Part shown: positions 63,851 through 64,000 of the stretch, one piece after another
How positions within the stretch are numbered: position 1 is the stretch's first letter
How the letters are laid out: every line of letters starts with the position of its first letter
NCBI GenBank assembly: GCA_023213395.1
Contig: CM041465.1
Location: forward strand, 88,791,741 to 88,855,740
Source of the DNA: Cycas panzhihuaensis
Lineage: Eukaryota > Plantae > Cycadophyta
Length of the DNA stretch: 64,000 bases
Reading direction: 5' to 3'
Notes under the pieces: generated by a model
Told to the model about the DNA's origin: nothing
Database searches by the model: none
The model's input: only the letters and a program-made list of their open reading frames with translations
Translations under genes and position numbers: made by a program

Positions 63851-64000
63851 TATTAATTTTATCACAATTTTTTTTTTGGAACTATACCCTGCAAGCAATG
63901 GACCAATGATGGTCAAGCCACACTGCTATAGCCACAAGCAAAATAGAGAGATAGAAAGATTGACACAAGAACTTTAAGAGAAGGGAGAAAGTACTACCAG

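Overview
AT-rich plant intergenic DNA made almost entirely of nested, decayed LTR retrotransposons. A large-genome vascular plant such as a gymnosperm is my inference only. I see no host gene, RNA gene or CRISPR array. About 14 elements or fragments resolve into three nests, most with LTR pairs, a tRNA-iMet PBS, a PPT and 5-bp TSDs. Nest 1 has four levels: an Athila-like remnant contains RT-less Gypsy N2 (2813-15927), which contains Copia A (5072-14278), which contains gag-only Copia B (5980-10032). Nest 2: Reina-like Gypsy G1 (~19992-30193) contains RT-less Copia C (25015-29701). Nest 3: a CRM-like Gypsy contains Reina-like G2 (42539-56561), which contains Copia D (47418-55059); the CRM-like element also contains Copia E, which contains internally deleted Gypsy G3 (58314-61854). 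Main signals: (1) all five Copia elements have a covarying stem that closes over the PPT/U3 junction, and the Gypsy elements have analogous short hairpins; (2) two copies of a non-autonomous chromovirus derivative carry an unrecognised Ser/Pro/Phe-rich domain in place of pol, with synonymous-biased divergence; (3) a U3 palindrome shows a compensatory change; (4) a leader motif is shared by otherwise dissimilar LTRs. All alignments were done by eye. Coordinates not anchored by a TSD are approximate.
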